Source: a virus
Taxonomy: Duplodnaviria > Caudoviricetes
Reading direction: 5' to 3' (one strand)
DNA length: 54,779 bases
Virus record (IMG/VR): IMGVR_UViG_3300046751_000253
Location: 1-54,779 of that record
Shown here one piece after another: positions 18,495 through 28,505 of this stretch (the first letter of the stretch is position 1; every line of letters begins with the position of its first letter). The notes beneath the pieces were generated by a model. The model saw only the letters and a list, made by a program, of their open reading frames with translations, was not told the DNA's origin and ran no database searches. The translations under genes were made by a program, and so were the position numbers.

Positions 18495-21400
18495 ATGTCT
18501 TTAGTAAATAGTCCTTTTTTTCTAGCAAGTACAGGTGCAGCCGAAACTGCAGGTTCATCCCTGCGCTTTGAAAATGGTGACAATGCCTACTTAAACTGGA
18601 CACCATCCACAAATGGCTCTAGCTTGACGCAAACCCTTTCTTTTTGGATGAAAAGAACCACTGAGGGAAACTATATATTTAGAGCCAGTGAATTTTATTT
18701 GTATCTTGCTGGCGATAATCTTAATTATTACGATTGGCGGCAAGGTGCAAACGGCCTTATTTTAAAAACTAACGCAGTATATCGTGATGTTTCAGCTTGG
18801 ATGCACGTTGTGCTTACTCAAGACCGTGGCAACGCAACAGCTTCTGACAGAATAAAGCTGTATGTAAACGGGGAGCAAGTTACATCTTTTTCAACTGCTA
18901 CTTACCCCAATCAGAACGAAGGCTCTTATTTTAATAATTCTGGAAACATACATTATATGGGTGGTACTTCTGGTAACTTCTTTGATGGCTACTTAGCCAA
19001 CGTAGCTTTCATAGACGGGCAAGCCTTAGACCCTACCAGCTTTGGCGAATATGACGGCACACTGTGGAAGCCTAAGTCTGACACGGATATACAGGCACTG
19101 ACATTCGGCACAAACGGGTTCTATCTACCGTTCAAACAGACCACTGAGGCCGAAGGGTTTTCGACAGTGACCTATACTGGCAATGGCGGCACACAGTCCA
19201 TCGAGGGCGTGGGCTTCGAGCCAGATTTTGTGTGGTACAAATCAAGGTCGATATCCGCTTCAAACCATGTGGTTTTTGACTCTATAAGAGGGGCGACTAA
19301 TTATTTAATACCGAATAGCACTGGCGTAGAAGCGACAGCAACAAATGCGTTAACTTCTTTTGATAGCGGTGGTTTTAGCGTTGGAAATGAGGTAGGCACA
19401 AACAATGCTGGTAGCACTTATGTAGCATGGTGCTGGGATGCTGGCACTGGTTCTGCTGTCAGCAATACTGATGGCAGTATTACTAGCACGGTCAAGGCGA
19501 ATACAACAAACGGGTTTAGCATAGTAAGCTGGACAGATAATGCAAACACATCTTCAACAGTGGGTCATGGGCTAAACTCAACCCCAGAGCTAATAATAAC
19601 CAAAAATAGAGATGGTGCTTTCAACTGGTTTACTTGGACTACTGTTATAGACGGTTCTTACGATTATTTAAATTTAAATCTTACAAGTAGTAAAACTGAT
19701 GATTCCACCAGAGCGTTACCTACATCTAGTGTGTTCACTAATGTAGGCTCTACCTCTGGCAACAAACAAATAGCCTACTGTTTCCACTCAGTCTCAGGCT
19801 ACTCTGACATCGGGTCTTATACTGGCACAGGTGCGTCTGGTAATGCTGTGACAACTGGTTTTGAGCCAGCCTTTGTTATGATTAAGCGTACTGATGACAC
19901 AAGCAACTGGCAAATATTTGACAACACTAGAAGCTCAAATGGAAACGAAGCGTTATTTCCAAATTTATCCAATGCCGCTTCAAGTGGCTGGAATCCTGAT
20001 TACTTTAAGTTTACTAGCACTGGTTTTGAAGTAGGTAGTGGAGGTGCTCAAACAAACGCCTCTGGCGGCACATATATCTATATGGCGTTTAAAGACACAA
20101 GGGATGCCACCTTCTTTGGTGATACCTCTGGCAACGGCAACAACTGGACACCTAACGCCCTGAACAATACTGATGTCGTGCTAGATGCCCCTGTGACTGG
20201 CGGTAACTTTGCTACGTTAAATGCTTTAACTTACTCTGGTGTTTCTGCGCTTACATTGTCTGAGGGTAATCTTAAGGCTAGAGAGGCTACTGGTAGTACT
20301 TCATGGAAATCTCTCTGGTCAACCTTTGCCGCCCCCACTTCTGGCAAATGGTATGCAGAATTTTATTTAACTTATACAGGCACAACAAGCTTTACTAATC
20401 AGGCTTTTGTAGGACTACACGATGGCCTTGCCGCAACAACTTATATTGGACAAAGCTCTGGAAGCTATGGATATATTTCTTCTGGCGGCACATATAATAA
20501 CGCCACGCACACAACGTCTTATGGTGCAAGTTACACTAATGGAGATATTATCGGTCTTGCTTGGGATGCAGACAATGGTGACCTTACTTTTTATAAAAAT
20601 GGTGTTTCACAAGGGATTGCTTATTCTAGTGTAAGTACAGAAAACAAATTCTTTGGTATTTCTGCTTTTTGGGTTTATCCTGATGGTATTACATACTTGC
20701 ATTGTAACTTCGGTCAGGACAGTTCCTTTGCTGGCAACGAGACACCGCAGGGCAACACAGATGACAACGGGCAGGGTGACTTCTACTATGCGCCACCTTC
20801 GGGCTACCTTGCGTTGACAACCAGCAATCTGTCTACGCCTGACATTACTGCGCCAGATGAGTACTTTAATACTGTTCTGTGGACTGGCGATGGTTCGGCA
20901 CAAAGCATCACAGGTGTTGGGTTTCAACCAGATTTTATTTGGACAAAATCACGGAGTATCGGATACAGTCATTTGCTTTACGATGCAGTAAGAGGTGCTA
21001 CCAGTGGCTCAACTGACACTGCAATGTCCTCTGACACAACAGCTGCCGAAAACACTTATGGTATTTTGTATAGTAATTTAGCTTCTTTTGACAGTGATGG
21101 ATTTACAACTGGACTATCTACATCAACAGATGTTTTTAATAGTTCAGGACTTACACAAGTAAGTTGGAACTGGCTGGCTGATACAGCATTTAGTAATTCT
21201 GCTGGAACAAATGGCGCAGACTTAGCGTCCACAGGCCGTGTAAATCAAGACGCAGGGTTTTCTATAGTTAGTTTTGACTTAGAAGCAACTGGCAGTAAAA
21301 AAGTATTACATGGTTTGTCATCTACGCCAGAAATGATAATTGTAAAAAGTAGAGATGCCGCCACTTTTTGGGTTGTATATACTGAACCTACGGGAAATAC

Positions 21401-21896
21401 AACGTATCTTGCCTTAAATGACGATGCTGGCGCAACAACAAACTCTACGACTTGGGATAATACATCTCCAACCTCTTCTGTTTTTACTTTGGGTTCTGGG
21501 TTTACCACTACTAACTATGGTACAAGACAAATAGCCTACTGTTTCCATTCGGTTGAAGGCTACAGCAAAATAGGCTCATACACAGGCAATGGCTCGTCAG
21601 ACGGTCCGTTTGTACACTGTGGGTTCAGGCCGTCATGGATTATGGCGAAGCGAACAGATGACGCATATAGCTGGTATGTCTGGGACAACAAACGAGATGG
21701 TTATAATGTTGACAATGGTTCGTTGTCCCCAGATTTATCCAGCGCAGAGTTCGATGGTCAAACTTATGATTTTATAGATTTATTATCAAATGGATTTAAG
21801 ATGCGTGACACATATGCTGGGCGAAACGCATCAGGCGGAAGCTACATATTCCTCGCATTTGCCGAAGCCCCATTTAAATCAGCCAATGCAAGATAA
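18495..21896 (+). CDS. Receptor-binding/fibre protein with LamG/ConA-like and SPRY-like domains
   Basis: YRDVSAWMHVV, KLYVNG, FIDGQALDPTSFG, GKWYAEF, GDIIGLAWD, duplicated VGF.PDF.W.KSRS domain. Confidence 0.85.
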   Translation: MSLVNSPFFLASTGAAETAGSSLRFENGDNAYLNWTPSTNGSSLTQTLSFWMKRTTEGNYIFRASEFYLYLAGDNLNYYDWRQGANGLILKTNAVYRDVSAWMHVVLTQDRGNATASDRIKLYVNGEQVTSFSTATYPNQNEGSYFNNSGNIHYMGGTSGNFFDGYLANVAFIDGQALDPTSFGEYDGTLWKPKSDTDIQALTFGTNGFYLPFKQTTEAEGFSTVTYTGNGGTQSIEGVGFEPDFVWYKSRSISASNHVVFDSIRGATNYLIPNSTGVEATATNALTSFDSGGFSVGNEVGTNNAGSTYVAWCWDAGTGSAVSNTDGSITSTVKANTTNGFSIVSWTDNANTSSTVGHGLNSTPELIITKNRDGAFNWFTWTTVIDGSYDYLNLNLTSSKTDDSTRALPTSSVFTNVGSTSGNKQIAYCFHSVSGYSDIGSYTGTGASGNAVTTGFEPAFVMIKRTDDTSNWQIFDNTRSSNGNEALFPNLSNAASSGWNPDYFKFTSTGFEVGSGGAQTNASGGTYIYMAFKDTRDATFFGDTSGNGNNWTPNALNNTDVVLDAPVTGGNFATLNALTYSGVSALTLSEGNLKAREATGSTSWKSLWSTFAAPTSGKWYAEFYLTYTGTTSFTNQAFVGLHDGLAATTYIGQSSGSYGYISSGGTYNNATHTTSYGASYTNGDIIGLAWDADNGDLTFYKNGVSQGIAYSSVSTENKFFGISAFWVYPDGITYLHCNFGQDSSFAGNETPQGNTDDNGQGDFYYAPPSGYLALTTSNLSTPDITAPDEYFNTVLWTGDGSAQSITGVGFQPDFIWTKSRSIGYSHLLYDAVRGATSGSTDTAMSSDTTAAENTYGILYSNLASFDSDGFTTGLSTSTDVFNSSGLTQVSWNWLADTAFSNSAGTNGADLASTGRVNQDAGFSIVSFDLEATGSKKVLHGLSSTPEMIIVKSRDAATFWVVYTEPTGNTTYLALNDDAGATTNSTTWDNTSPTSSVFTLGSGFTTTNYGTRQIAYCFHSVEGYSKIGSYTGNGSSDGPFVHCGFRPSWIMAKRTDDAYSWYVWDNKRDGYNVDNGSLSPDLSSAEFDGQTYDFIDLLSNGFKMRDTYAGRNASGGSYIFLAFAEAPFKSANAR

Positions 21897-21912
21897 TAGG
21901 AGATAATATAAC

Positions 21913-22461
21913 ATGGCATGGAAGTACGGACATAAAACTATTAAACTTGGTAGAGCATGGGTTGATAATAATGGTATTCAACATCCTGCTAACTGGGGTA
22001 TTTGGTCAGATGAAGAAAAAGTATCTAAAGGATTAGTATGGGAAGCAGACCCAGCACCTTACGATAATAGGTTTTGGTGGGACGCTAACACCGCCAAGAA
22101 CATCAACGATGTGAACGAAGTGGACAGCGATGGCAATGCTATCCTAGACGCAGACGGCAATCAGCTAGTAACGCTGGGGCTGAAAAGCCAGTGGAAGAAC
22201 ATCACAAAGAAACGTGCTGGCAACCTACTAGCCCCGACAGATTGGCACGTTGTAAAGGCGGCAGAGGTTTCTGGCTACACTGTGCCAGCAGACATTACAA
22301 CGTATCGTGCGGCTGTGCGTACTGCATCCAACACCATTGAAGCAGCAATAGACGGTGCGGCTGACCATACAGCTTTCCTAGCCCTGCATGATGCACCAGT
22401 GGATGCTGATGGCAATGTGACTGGTAATTCACCTATCAACGACTGGCCTGAAGAGATATAA
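21913..22461 (+). CDS. Tail fibre assembly/chaperone-like protein
   Basis: HPANW, DNRFWW, LLAPTDWHVV, YRAAVRT, C-terminal DWP. Confidence 0.7.
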   Translation: MAWKYGHKTIKLGRAWVDNNGIQHPANWGIWSDEEKVSKGLVWEADPAPYDNRFWWDANTAKNINDVNEVDSDGNAILDADGNQLVTLGLKSQWKNITKKRAGNLLAPTDWHVVKAAEVSGYTVPADITTYRAAVRTASNTIEAAIDGAADHTAFLALHDAPVDADGNVTGNSPINDWPEEI

Positions 22462-22462
22462 A

Positions 22463-22687
22463 ATGGAAATGGCAAACCTTATAGATATTCTTTTAGGCAT
22501 TATTGTTGCAGGTGGTGCATGGTGGGCTAATAATATTTCAACAGAAACTAAAAGATTAGAAATATTACTAAACAGAACAAGAGAAGACTATGCAACTCGT
22601 AATGAATTAAAAGACGATATGGACAGGGTTATGGAAGCCTTACATAGAGTAGAGGATAAGTTAGACAAAATCTTGTCTAATAGGTAA
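22463..22687 (+). CDS. Small TM plus coiled-coil protein
   Basis: N-terminal TM, LLNRTREDY...LHRVEDKLD. Confidence 0.7.
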   Translation: MEMANLIDILLGIIVAGGAWWANNISTETKRLEILLNRTREDYATRNELKDDMDRVMEALHRVEDKLDKILSNR

Positions 22688-22701
22688 TTTTATTATATAA
22701 T
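22673..22701 (+). promoter_or_regulatory. sigma70-like promoter for tail/ejection genes
   Basis: TTGTCT-17-TATAAT. Confidence 0.6.
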
Positions 22702-22731
22702 TAACATAATATAAATTTATAAGGAAATAAG

Positions 22732-23793
22732 ATGGCATCTTCATATACCAGTAGAATACGTTTAGAAAAACAAGCAGACGGTGAAAACCCTAACTCTTGG
22801 GGTGATATCCTCAATCAAAATGTTATTGACTTGCTGGACGATGCCATTGGTGCATATACCACTATTGGTACAGCAGGTGTTCAGCTTGTTAATGACAATC
22901 CTCTTACAACAAATAATGGTAATGCAGATGAAGCTCGTTCTGCAGTATTGGAACTTCAAGGATATGTTGTTAGTGCTTCTGCTGCAAACATTGTTATTCC
23001 TGCTCAGTCTAAATTTTATATTATTCAAAATGAAGTAGTTAATTCTTCTGCAACTGGTACACTACGTATTATTAACTCAGGAGCAACTGCCACAGGATTT
23101 ACTGTACCTACTTCAATATCAGGTACATCTACTTTTGTTATTATGTCTGATGGTGTTAATGTACGTGGTCTTGATGCAAAGGGTTTAGGTTTTGGAGATT
23201 CAGTAAATAGAGATGTACTTACAAGTATAGGTGAAATACAAACAACTACTGTTGACCCTATTACTTCTGTAACTGCAACAGGTAACTTAACCTTTATTGC
23301 AAATACAACTACAGTTGAACCTAAGTTAATGGCTTTGTCTACTACTGATATTCGTTATGTCAATACAAGTATTGGTTATGCAAATACTATTGGTTCAGAC
23401 AACGAATTTAATAGTCAGATTAAAGTAAGTGCAGGTTATGCTTTTTCACCTCTTGTAACTATTGCAGTGTCTGACACAAGTATCTTTGCAGTAGACATGC
23501 AAGCAGGTAATAACTTTGTATTTCAAATGAGTGATGATAGTACATTAAGACAACCTGACAATATTAATGTAGGACAACAAGGTATTATATATGTAATACA
23601 AGATGTATCTGCTGGTAGCAAAACACTTTCATTTGCTAACGATTTTAAATTTAATAATGGTACAGTTCCTACAATAACAACATCTATTAGTGCAGTAGAC
23701 TTGCTTGCTTACTCAGTACGTAGTGTAGAAGTATCTGCAAGCGTAACAACTGCATTTATTGACATGGTAGCAATTCAAGACATGAAAAGGTAA
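22732..23793 (+). CDS. Tail/fibre-anchoring structural protein
   Basis: MASSY...LEKQADGEN..SWG...N virion N-terminal motif; C-terminal domain similar to that of 16533-18476. Confidence 0.75.
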   Translation: MASSYTSRIRLEKQADGENPNSWGDILNQNVIDLLDDAIGAYTTIGTAGVQLVNDNPLTTNNGNADEARSAVLELQGYVVSASAANIVIPAQSKFYIIQNEVVNSSATGTLRIINSGATATGFTVPTSISGTSTFVIMSDGVNVRGLDAKGLGFGDSVNRDVLTSIGEIQTTTVDPITSVTATGNLTFIANTTTVEPKLMALSTTDIRYVNTSIGYANTIGSDNEFNSQIKVSAGYAFSPLVTIAVSDTSIFAVDMQAGNNFVFQMSDDSTLRQPDNINVGQQGIIYVIQDVSAGSKTLSFANDFKFNNGTVPTITTSISAVDLLAYSVRSVEVSASVTTAFIDMVAIQDMKR

Positions 23794-23796
23794 GGT

Positions 23797-25632
23797 ATGG
23801 CTTCTACAGCAGGAAGACTTACTACTCTTGATTTTATTCCCGGTTTCCATAGAGAATCTACCCAATACTCTGAAAAAGGTAAATGGTTTGATGGAAACAG
23901 AGTACGTTTTAGAGAAGGTAAGCCAGAAAATTTAAGAGGTTACACTAAAGCAATATCAGATAATTATACTGGTATTGCTCGTGATTTGCTTACATGGTCA
24001 GATAATGACACTAAAAAACTCATGTCCTTTGGTACAGAGAAGTTTCTTTATGCTGTACAATCCTCAGAAATTTTTGATGTAACTCCATTTGTCTCTGCCA
24101 TATCTTTGACAAGTGTAATGAGTACACAAATAAACTCACCCCTTGTAAGTATTAGTATTACTAATCATGGTGTGTCTGTTAATGACAGAATATTTATTAC
24201 CTCTGCAACTTCTATTGGTAATAGTGGTATTATTCTTGATGGTGAGTATTCTGTAGTTGCAGTCGCAGGACTTAATAGTTTTACTATTTCTGCAACAACT
24301 TCTGCAGCAGCTACTTACTCAGACGGTGGCACTGCAGACTTAGAGTTTATTCTTAATGTAGAAGGTACTGTTCCTGTACAGGGAACTGGTTATGGAGCAG
24401 GAGTATATAATGCTGGTGTATCTACCACAGGGGCTAGAGCTTGGAATAGACCTGCTGCTGCAGGTGCTATTACTTTCCTTAATTCTCAGTGGACTTTAGA
24501 TAACTGGGGTGAAGACTTAGTAGCCTGTCGTAGAGGCGGTAGAATTTATCACCTTGATGTAGATGCATCTGTAACACCAGAACGTGCAGTAGTTGTCTCT
24601 GCTTCTCCGTCTGTAAATAATTATATTAAAGTATCTCCTAACGATAGACATCTTATTTCTTTTGGTTGTAATGAGTTTGGTACTGGTGAGTATAATCCAA
24701 TGCTTGTACGTTGGTCAGACCAAGAAAACTATAACAACTGGACACCTTCTATTTCTAGTACTTCTGGTGAAGTTGTACTTACAGGTGGTACAAAAATTAT
24801 GGGAACTGTTCGTTCTCGTAATGGTATTCATATTTGGACAGACAATGCAATGTTTGTTCAATCCTTTGCAGGTCCACCTTTTATCTTTAACTTCCAGAAT
24901 GTAGGTACAAACTGTGGATTAATAGGTCCTCATGCAGCAGTAGATGTAGATGGTATTTCTTATTGGATGGGTGACAATAACTTCTATGCTTTTGATGGTA
25001 GAGTAAGAGAACTAGAATGTACTGTTCGTAGATATCTTTTTGACAGTTTTAATATGACTAATAAAGATAAGGTATATGCAGGTATTAATTCTGAGTTTAG
25101 AGAAATTATTTGGTTGTATCCTTCTGCTAATTCTTCAGAACCAGATTCATATGTAATATATAATATATCAGAAAATACTTGGGTATTTGGTTCGTCTTTC
25201 TACAGTACCTTTGCTGACCGTAGTGTTTTTACTAATACAATTGCAACTGGTAAAGTATCTGCAACTGCAGATAACTATGTATGGAATAATGAACCTGCTG
25301 ATGTCTATACAGGAGATGGTAAAATACTTCCTTCTTATCTTGAATCTGCATCTTTTGATATTGAAGATGGAGACAAGATATTGTTTGTAGATAGAATTAT
25401 ACCTGATTATACATTTACTAATAATAGTAACTTACAGTTTTCTATAAACTTCCAAGAATATCCTAATGGTAATATTACTACTAAAGGACCTTTTACAATT
25501 AATGGTAGTACAAATAAAATTGATTTACGGGGTAGAGGAAGACAAGCAGAAATTATTGTGTCTGCTAGCTCAGATGGTTCTTGGCGTTGGGGTAAGGTTC
25601 GTGCAAACATACAAGTAGATGGTGAACGGTAA
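23797..25632 (+). CDS. Tail nozzle/stabilisation protein (P22 gp10 / T7 gp12-like)
   Basis: 611 aa beta-rich; W.DGNRVRFR.G.PE, WTLDNWGEDL, VRWSDQEN, NCGLIGP, EIIWLYPS, RGRGRQ. Confidence 0.75.
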   Translation: MASTAGRLTTLDFIPGFHRESTQYSEKGKWFDGNRVRFREGKPENLRGYTKAISDNYTGIARDLLTWSDNDTKKLMSFGTEKFLYAVQSSEIFDVTPFVSAISLTSVMSTQINSPLVSISITNHGVSVNDRIFITSATSIGNSGIILDGEYSVVAVAGLNSFTISATTSAAATYSDGGTADLEFILNVEGTVPVQGTGYGAGVYNAGVSTTGARAWNRPAAAGAITFLNSQWTLDNWGEDLVACRRGGRIYHLDVDASVTPERAVVVSASPSVNNYIKVSPNDRHLISFGCNEFGTGEYNPMLVRWSDQENYNNWTPSISSTSGEVVLTGGTKIMGTVRSRNGIHIWTDNAMFVQSFAGPPFIFNFQNVGTNCGLIGPHAAVDVDGISYWMGDNNFYAFDGRVRELECTVRRYLFDSFNMTNKDKVYAGINSEFREIIWLYPSANSSEPDSYVIYNISENTWVFGSSFYSTFADRSVFTNTIATGKVSATADNYVWNNEPADVYTGDGKILPSYLESASFDIEDGDKILFVDRIIPDYTFTNNSNLQFSINFQEYPNGNITTKGPFTINGSTNKIDLRGRGRQAEIIVSASSDGSWRWGKVRANIQVDGER

Positions 25633-25904
25633 TGCCTAATTATCCAAAGCTACCTAACTATTCTATGGCAAGAACTATGGACGCTACAGAAGTATATACA
25701 GAGTTACAAAGATTTACAGATACATTAACTTTTGAACTTGATGTTAGAGATGAAGAAATAAATAGCAGACCTTCGACTAGAGTATACAGTGTAGTAACTG
25801 TTACCGAAATTGGTAGACCTTCTCCGGGTGATATAGCTTTTTCATTAGGCGAAGAAAAGTTTAAAGGATATGTAAGCAGCACAGGATGGGTAGATTTAAA
25901 CTAA
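25632..25904 (+). CDS. Hypothetical virion protein
   Basis: 90 aa, TAATG coupled. Confidence 0.65.
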   Translation: MPNYPKLPNYSMARTMDATEVYTELQRFTDTLTFELDVRDEEINSRPSTRVYSVVTVTEIGRPSPGDIAFSLGEEKFKGYVSSTGWVDLN

Positions 25905-26119
25905 TGAATAAGCAAGAATATTTTAATTTAATTAATAATAGTACTTATATTAGTAATGTTAATAGTGGAACTACTGTAACAACTGACTATTTTGGTACAA
26001 AAACTGTACAGGGTATGGCATATAACCTCGGTTCGTTGTATAATAAAAGCAGTAATTTACAAGCAGACATGACAAAAGCACAGTCAAACTATATGACACC
26101 AAATAAGGTAAATACATAA
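25904..26119 (+). CDS. Hypothetical protein
   Basis: Likely start ATG 25904, TAATG coupling at both ends. Confidence 0.55.
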   Translation: MNKQEYFNLINNSTYISNVNSGTTVTTDYFGTKTVQGMAYNLGSLYNKSSNLQADMTKAQSNYMTPNKVNT

Positions 26120-26853
26120 TGGCATATTTTACAAACAAACAAGCACCCCAAAGTGGTATAGCAAACTTGCTTGCCATGAAAGGTCGTATGGGTGATACAG
26201 AATTAGTGCATATGTCTAAGCCAGAAATTAATATGCTACGTTCAATGGGTAAACTTACATCTAATCCTATGACAGGATTACCAGAAGCTTTTAATTTAGA
26301 AGAAGCAATGAGTGGTTTGGCAGGGCTTATGAACCAAGATTTGTCTGGTAAAGAGGCAATGCAGGAATTAATGAACTTTGGACGTAATAAAATATCCGAA
26401 TTTAACGAACCACCGATTCCTGAGCCTGTAATGCCAGTACAGCCACAAGTACCTATGCAAGGTATGATTCCTAATCAGCCTATAGAGATGCCTACTCAGC
26501 AGCCTTTAAACGAAGGAAATTTTCAGCAACCTAGTGGAATTGCAGCACTTGCAGGGGGTAAACGTCCATTTGAAGGAATGATAGATATAAAACGTGGTGG
26601 TGGCTCTATGGACGGCATGTCTGATGACATTTTGTTTAAGGTTAAGGGTGACCCAGTTATTGATAAAGCACTTCTTAGTAGAGATGAATATGTAATACCT
26701 GCCGATGTGGTATCTAATCTTGGTAATGGTTCATCTGATGCAGGTGCAGAAAAGCTAGATAAATTTTTAGGTGATGTTCGTGAAGAGTCAACAGGAACAC
26801 GCAAACAAATAAAAGAAATTGACGGAGACAAAATATTGAGGGAGTTAGCCTAA
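26119..26853 (+). CDS. Putative internal virion protein with two small conserved domains
   Basis: GRMGDTELVHMS.PE...NPMTGLPEAF and DGMSDDI...ALLSRDEYVIPADVVS.LGNGSSDAGA. Confidence 0.75.
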   Translation: MAYFTNKQAPQSGIANLLAMKGRMGDTELVHMSKPEINMLRSMGKLTSNPMTGLPEAFNLEEAMSGLAGLMNQDLSGKEAMQELMNFGRNKISEFNEPPIPEPVMPVQPQVPMQGMIPNQPIEMPTQQPLNEGNFQQPSGIAALAGGKRPFEGMIDIKRGGGSMDGMSDDILFKVKGDPVIDKALLSRDEYVIPADVVSNLGNGSSDAGAEKLDKFLGDVREESTGTRKQIKEIDGDKILRELA

Positions 26854-28502
26854 TGGCACAAATGTATACACCACCTACAGATTATAAATCTGGACTAGAA
26901 GAAGTACTATCCGAAGCAGGTAAAATTTACCAGCAGCAGAAGGCTGCAGGATATCAAACTTATCAAGGTCCACAGATTGCAGGGTTTGCACCTGAAGAAC
27001 AAGCAGCTATGCGTGGCATTGCAGGTCTTGTAGGTACAGGACAACAATACTTTAATCCTGCTACTGCTTTACAGATGGGTGCGGCACGTCAGTTTACTCC
27101 TACTGAAGCTGCTACTTATATGTCTCCTTATCAGCAAGCCGTAGTAGATGTAGAAAAACGTGAGGCTTCTCGTTACTTTCCACAACAAATGCAACAGATT
27201 GGTGCTCAAGCTGCAGGTGCAGGTGGTTATGGTGGTTCACGCCAAGCAATCCTTGAAGCTGAGACACTCCGTAATCAAGCACAAATGTTAGGTGATATAC
27301 AAACTCGTGGTTCACAACGTGCATTTGAAGATGCACAAAAAGCTTTTGAGCAGCAGTTAGGTCGTGAACGTGGAACTGCTAGTGCTCTTATGCAGCTAGG
27401 TCAGACAGTACCTCAACAAAGAATGACAGAGCTTACTGCTCTTGCAGGTGTAGGTGAAGCACAACGTGGTATGACACAAGCAGGACTTGACCTTGCTAAA
27501 CAACAATATGAAAGACAGCTTAACTTCCCATATGAAGCTCTTGGTCAATATCAGTCCACACTTTATCAGATGCCTCTTCAAGGTTTTCAAAGATATCAGC
27601 CAGTGGCTAAACCTTCTTCTTCACAAAACCTTGCAGGTATTCTTGGCGCAGTAGGTAAAATTGGTAGTGGTTTTAATTTATTTAAAGAAGGTGGTCATGT
27701 AGCTTTCCGTTCTCAGGGTGGTCTATCAGGTATGGTAAACAAACTTGCAGCAGGTTCAACTGTAGGTTCTGATATGGAAGAAGAAACAACAAAAACAACT
27801 CCTAGTGCCAGAACTGCTCTATATGAAACTTTAATGGGTATGCAAACTGGATTGTCTGATTACCAAAAACAATTACAAAAAGCTGCAGAAGAACAACAAA
27901 GAACTGCAGAAGAAAAGAAAGCAAGATTAGAAGAACAAGCAGGTCCTGCAGAATTTATCTCAGACCTACTATTAGGTTATGCTTCTGCAGACCCTGAAGC
28001 AGGTTTAGGCGGTCAAGTAGCACAAGCAGCTATGTATGCAGATGCACAAAGACAAGCTATTGAAGACGAAATAAATAAAATTGGAGAAGACTTAGCTGCA
28101 GGTAGATTAAGTCAAACAGAAGCTGCTTTAAAAGTACAACAACTTCAAGCATCAACTCTTGGTGATATTATTGAAGCAACAGAGGAAGACAAGTTTGAAT
28201 TAGATGCTACAACATATAATGCTTTAGCACGTCAGTCTGCAGCACGAGCAGGTGTAACTTGGAATGAACAAACTCAATCTTATGAAGGCAGTGCTAAACA
28301 AGCAGAAGAAGCTGCACAGCTTTTAGAAGACGCACTAGGTTCTTTTAAAACAGGTGGCTTTGAAGGTGCTCAAAGAACAATTACAGTTGGACCTAAAGTT
28401 TCTAGTTTAGGTGGTAACGGTGATGGTTCATCTGAAAGCACTGATGTAACAGATACTGAAACAGGTAAAAAAGCTGACGAGTTAATTCAAGGATTAAAAT
28501 AA
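26853..28502 (+). CDS. Internal virion/DNA ejection protein
   Basis: 549 aa Q/A/G-rich helical, YMSPYQQAVVD, AGGYGGSRQAI. Confidence 0.75.
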   Translation: MAQMYTPPTDYKSGLEEVLSEAGKIYQQQKAAGYQTYQGPQIAGFAPEEQAAMRGIAGLVGTGQQYFNPATALQMGAARQFTPTEAATYMSPYQQAVVDVEKREASRYFPQQMQQIGAQAAGAGGYGGSRQAILEAETLRNQAQMLGDIQTRGSQRAFEDAQKAFEQQLGRERGTASALMQLGQTVPQQRMTELTALAGVGEAQRGMTQAGLDLAKQQYERQLNFPYEALGQYQSTLYQMPLQGFQRYQPVAKPSSSQNLAGILGAVGKIGSGFNLFKEGGHVAFRSQGGLSGMVNKLAAGSTVGSDMEEETTKTTPSARTALYETLMGMQTGLSDYQKQLQKAAEEQQRTAEEKKARLEEQAGPAEFISDLLLGYASADPEAGLGGQVAQAAMYADAQRQAIEDEINKIGEDLAAGRLSQTEAALKVQQLQASTLGDIIEATEEDKFELDATTYNALARQSAARAGVTWNEQTQSYEGSAKQAEEAAQLLEDALGSFKTGGFEGAQRTITVGPKVSSLGGNGDGSSESTDVTDTETGKKADELIQGLK

Positions 28503-28505
28503 TAA

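Noticed and set aside
18495-21896. Diversity-generating retroelement target
   Set aside because: No reverse transcriptase and no adenine-specific TR/VR pair; the repeats are ordinary domain duplications.
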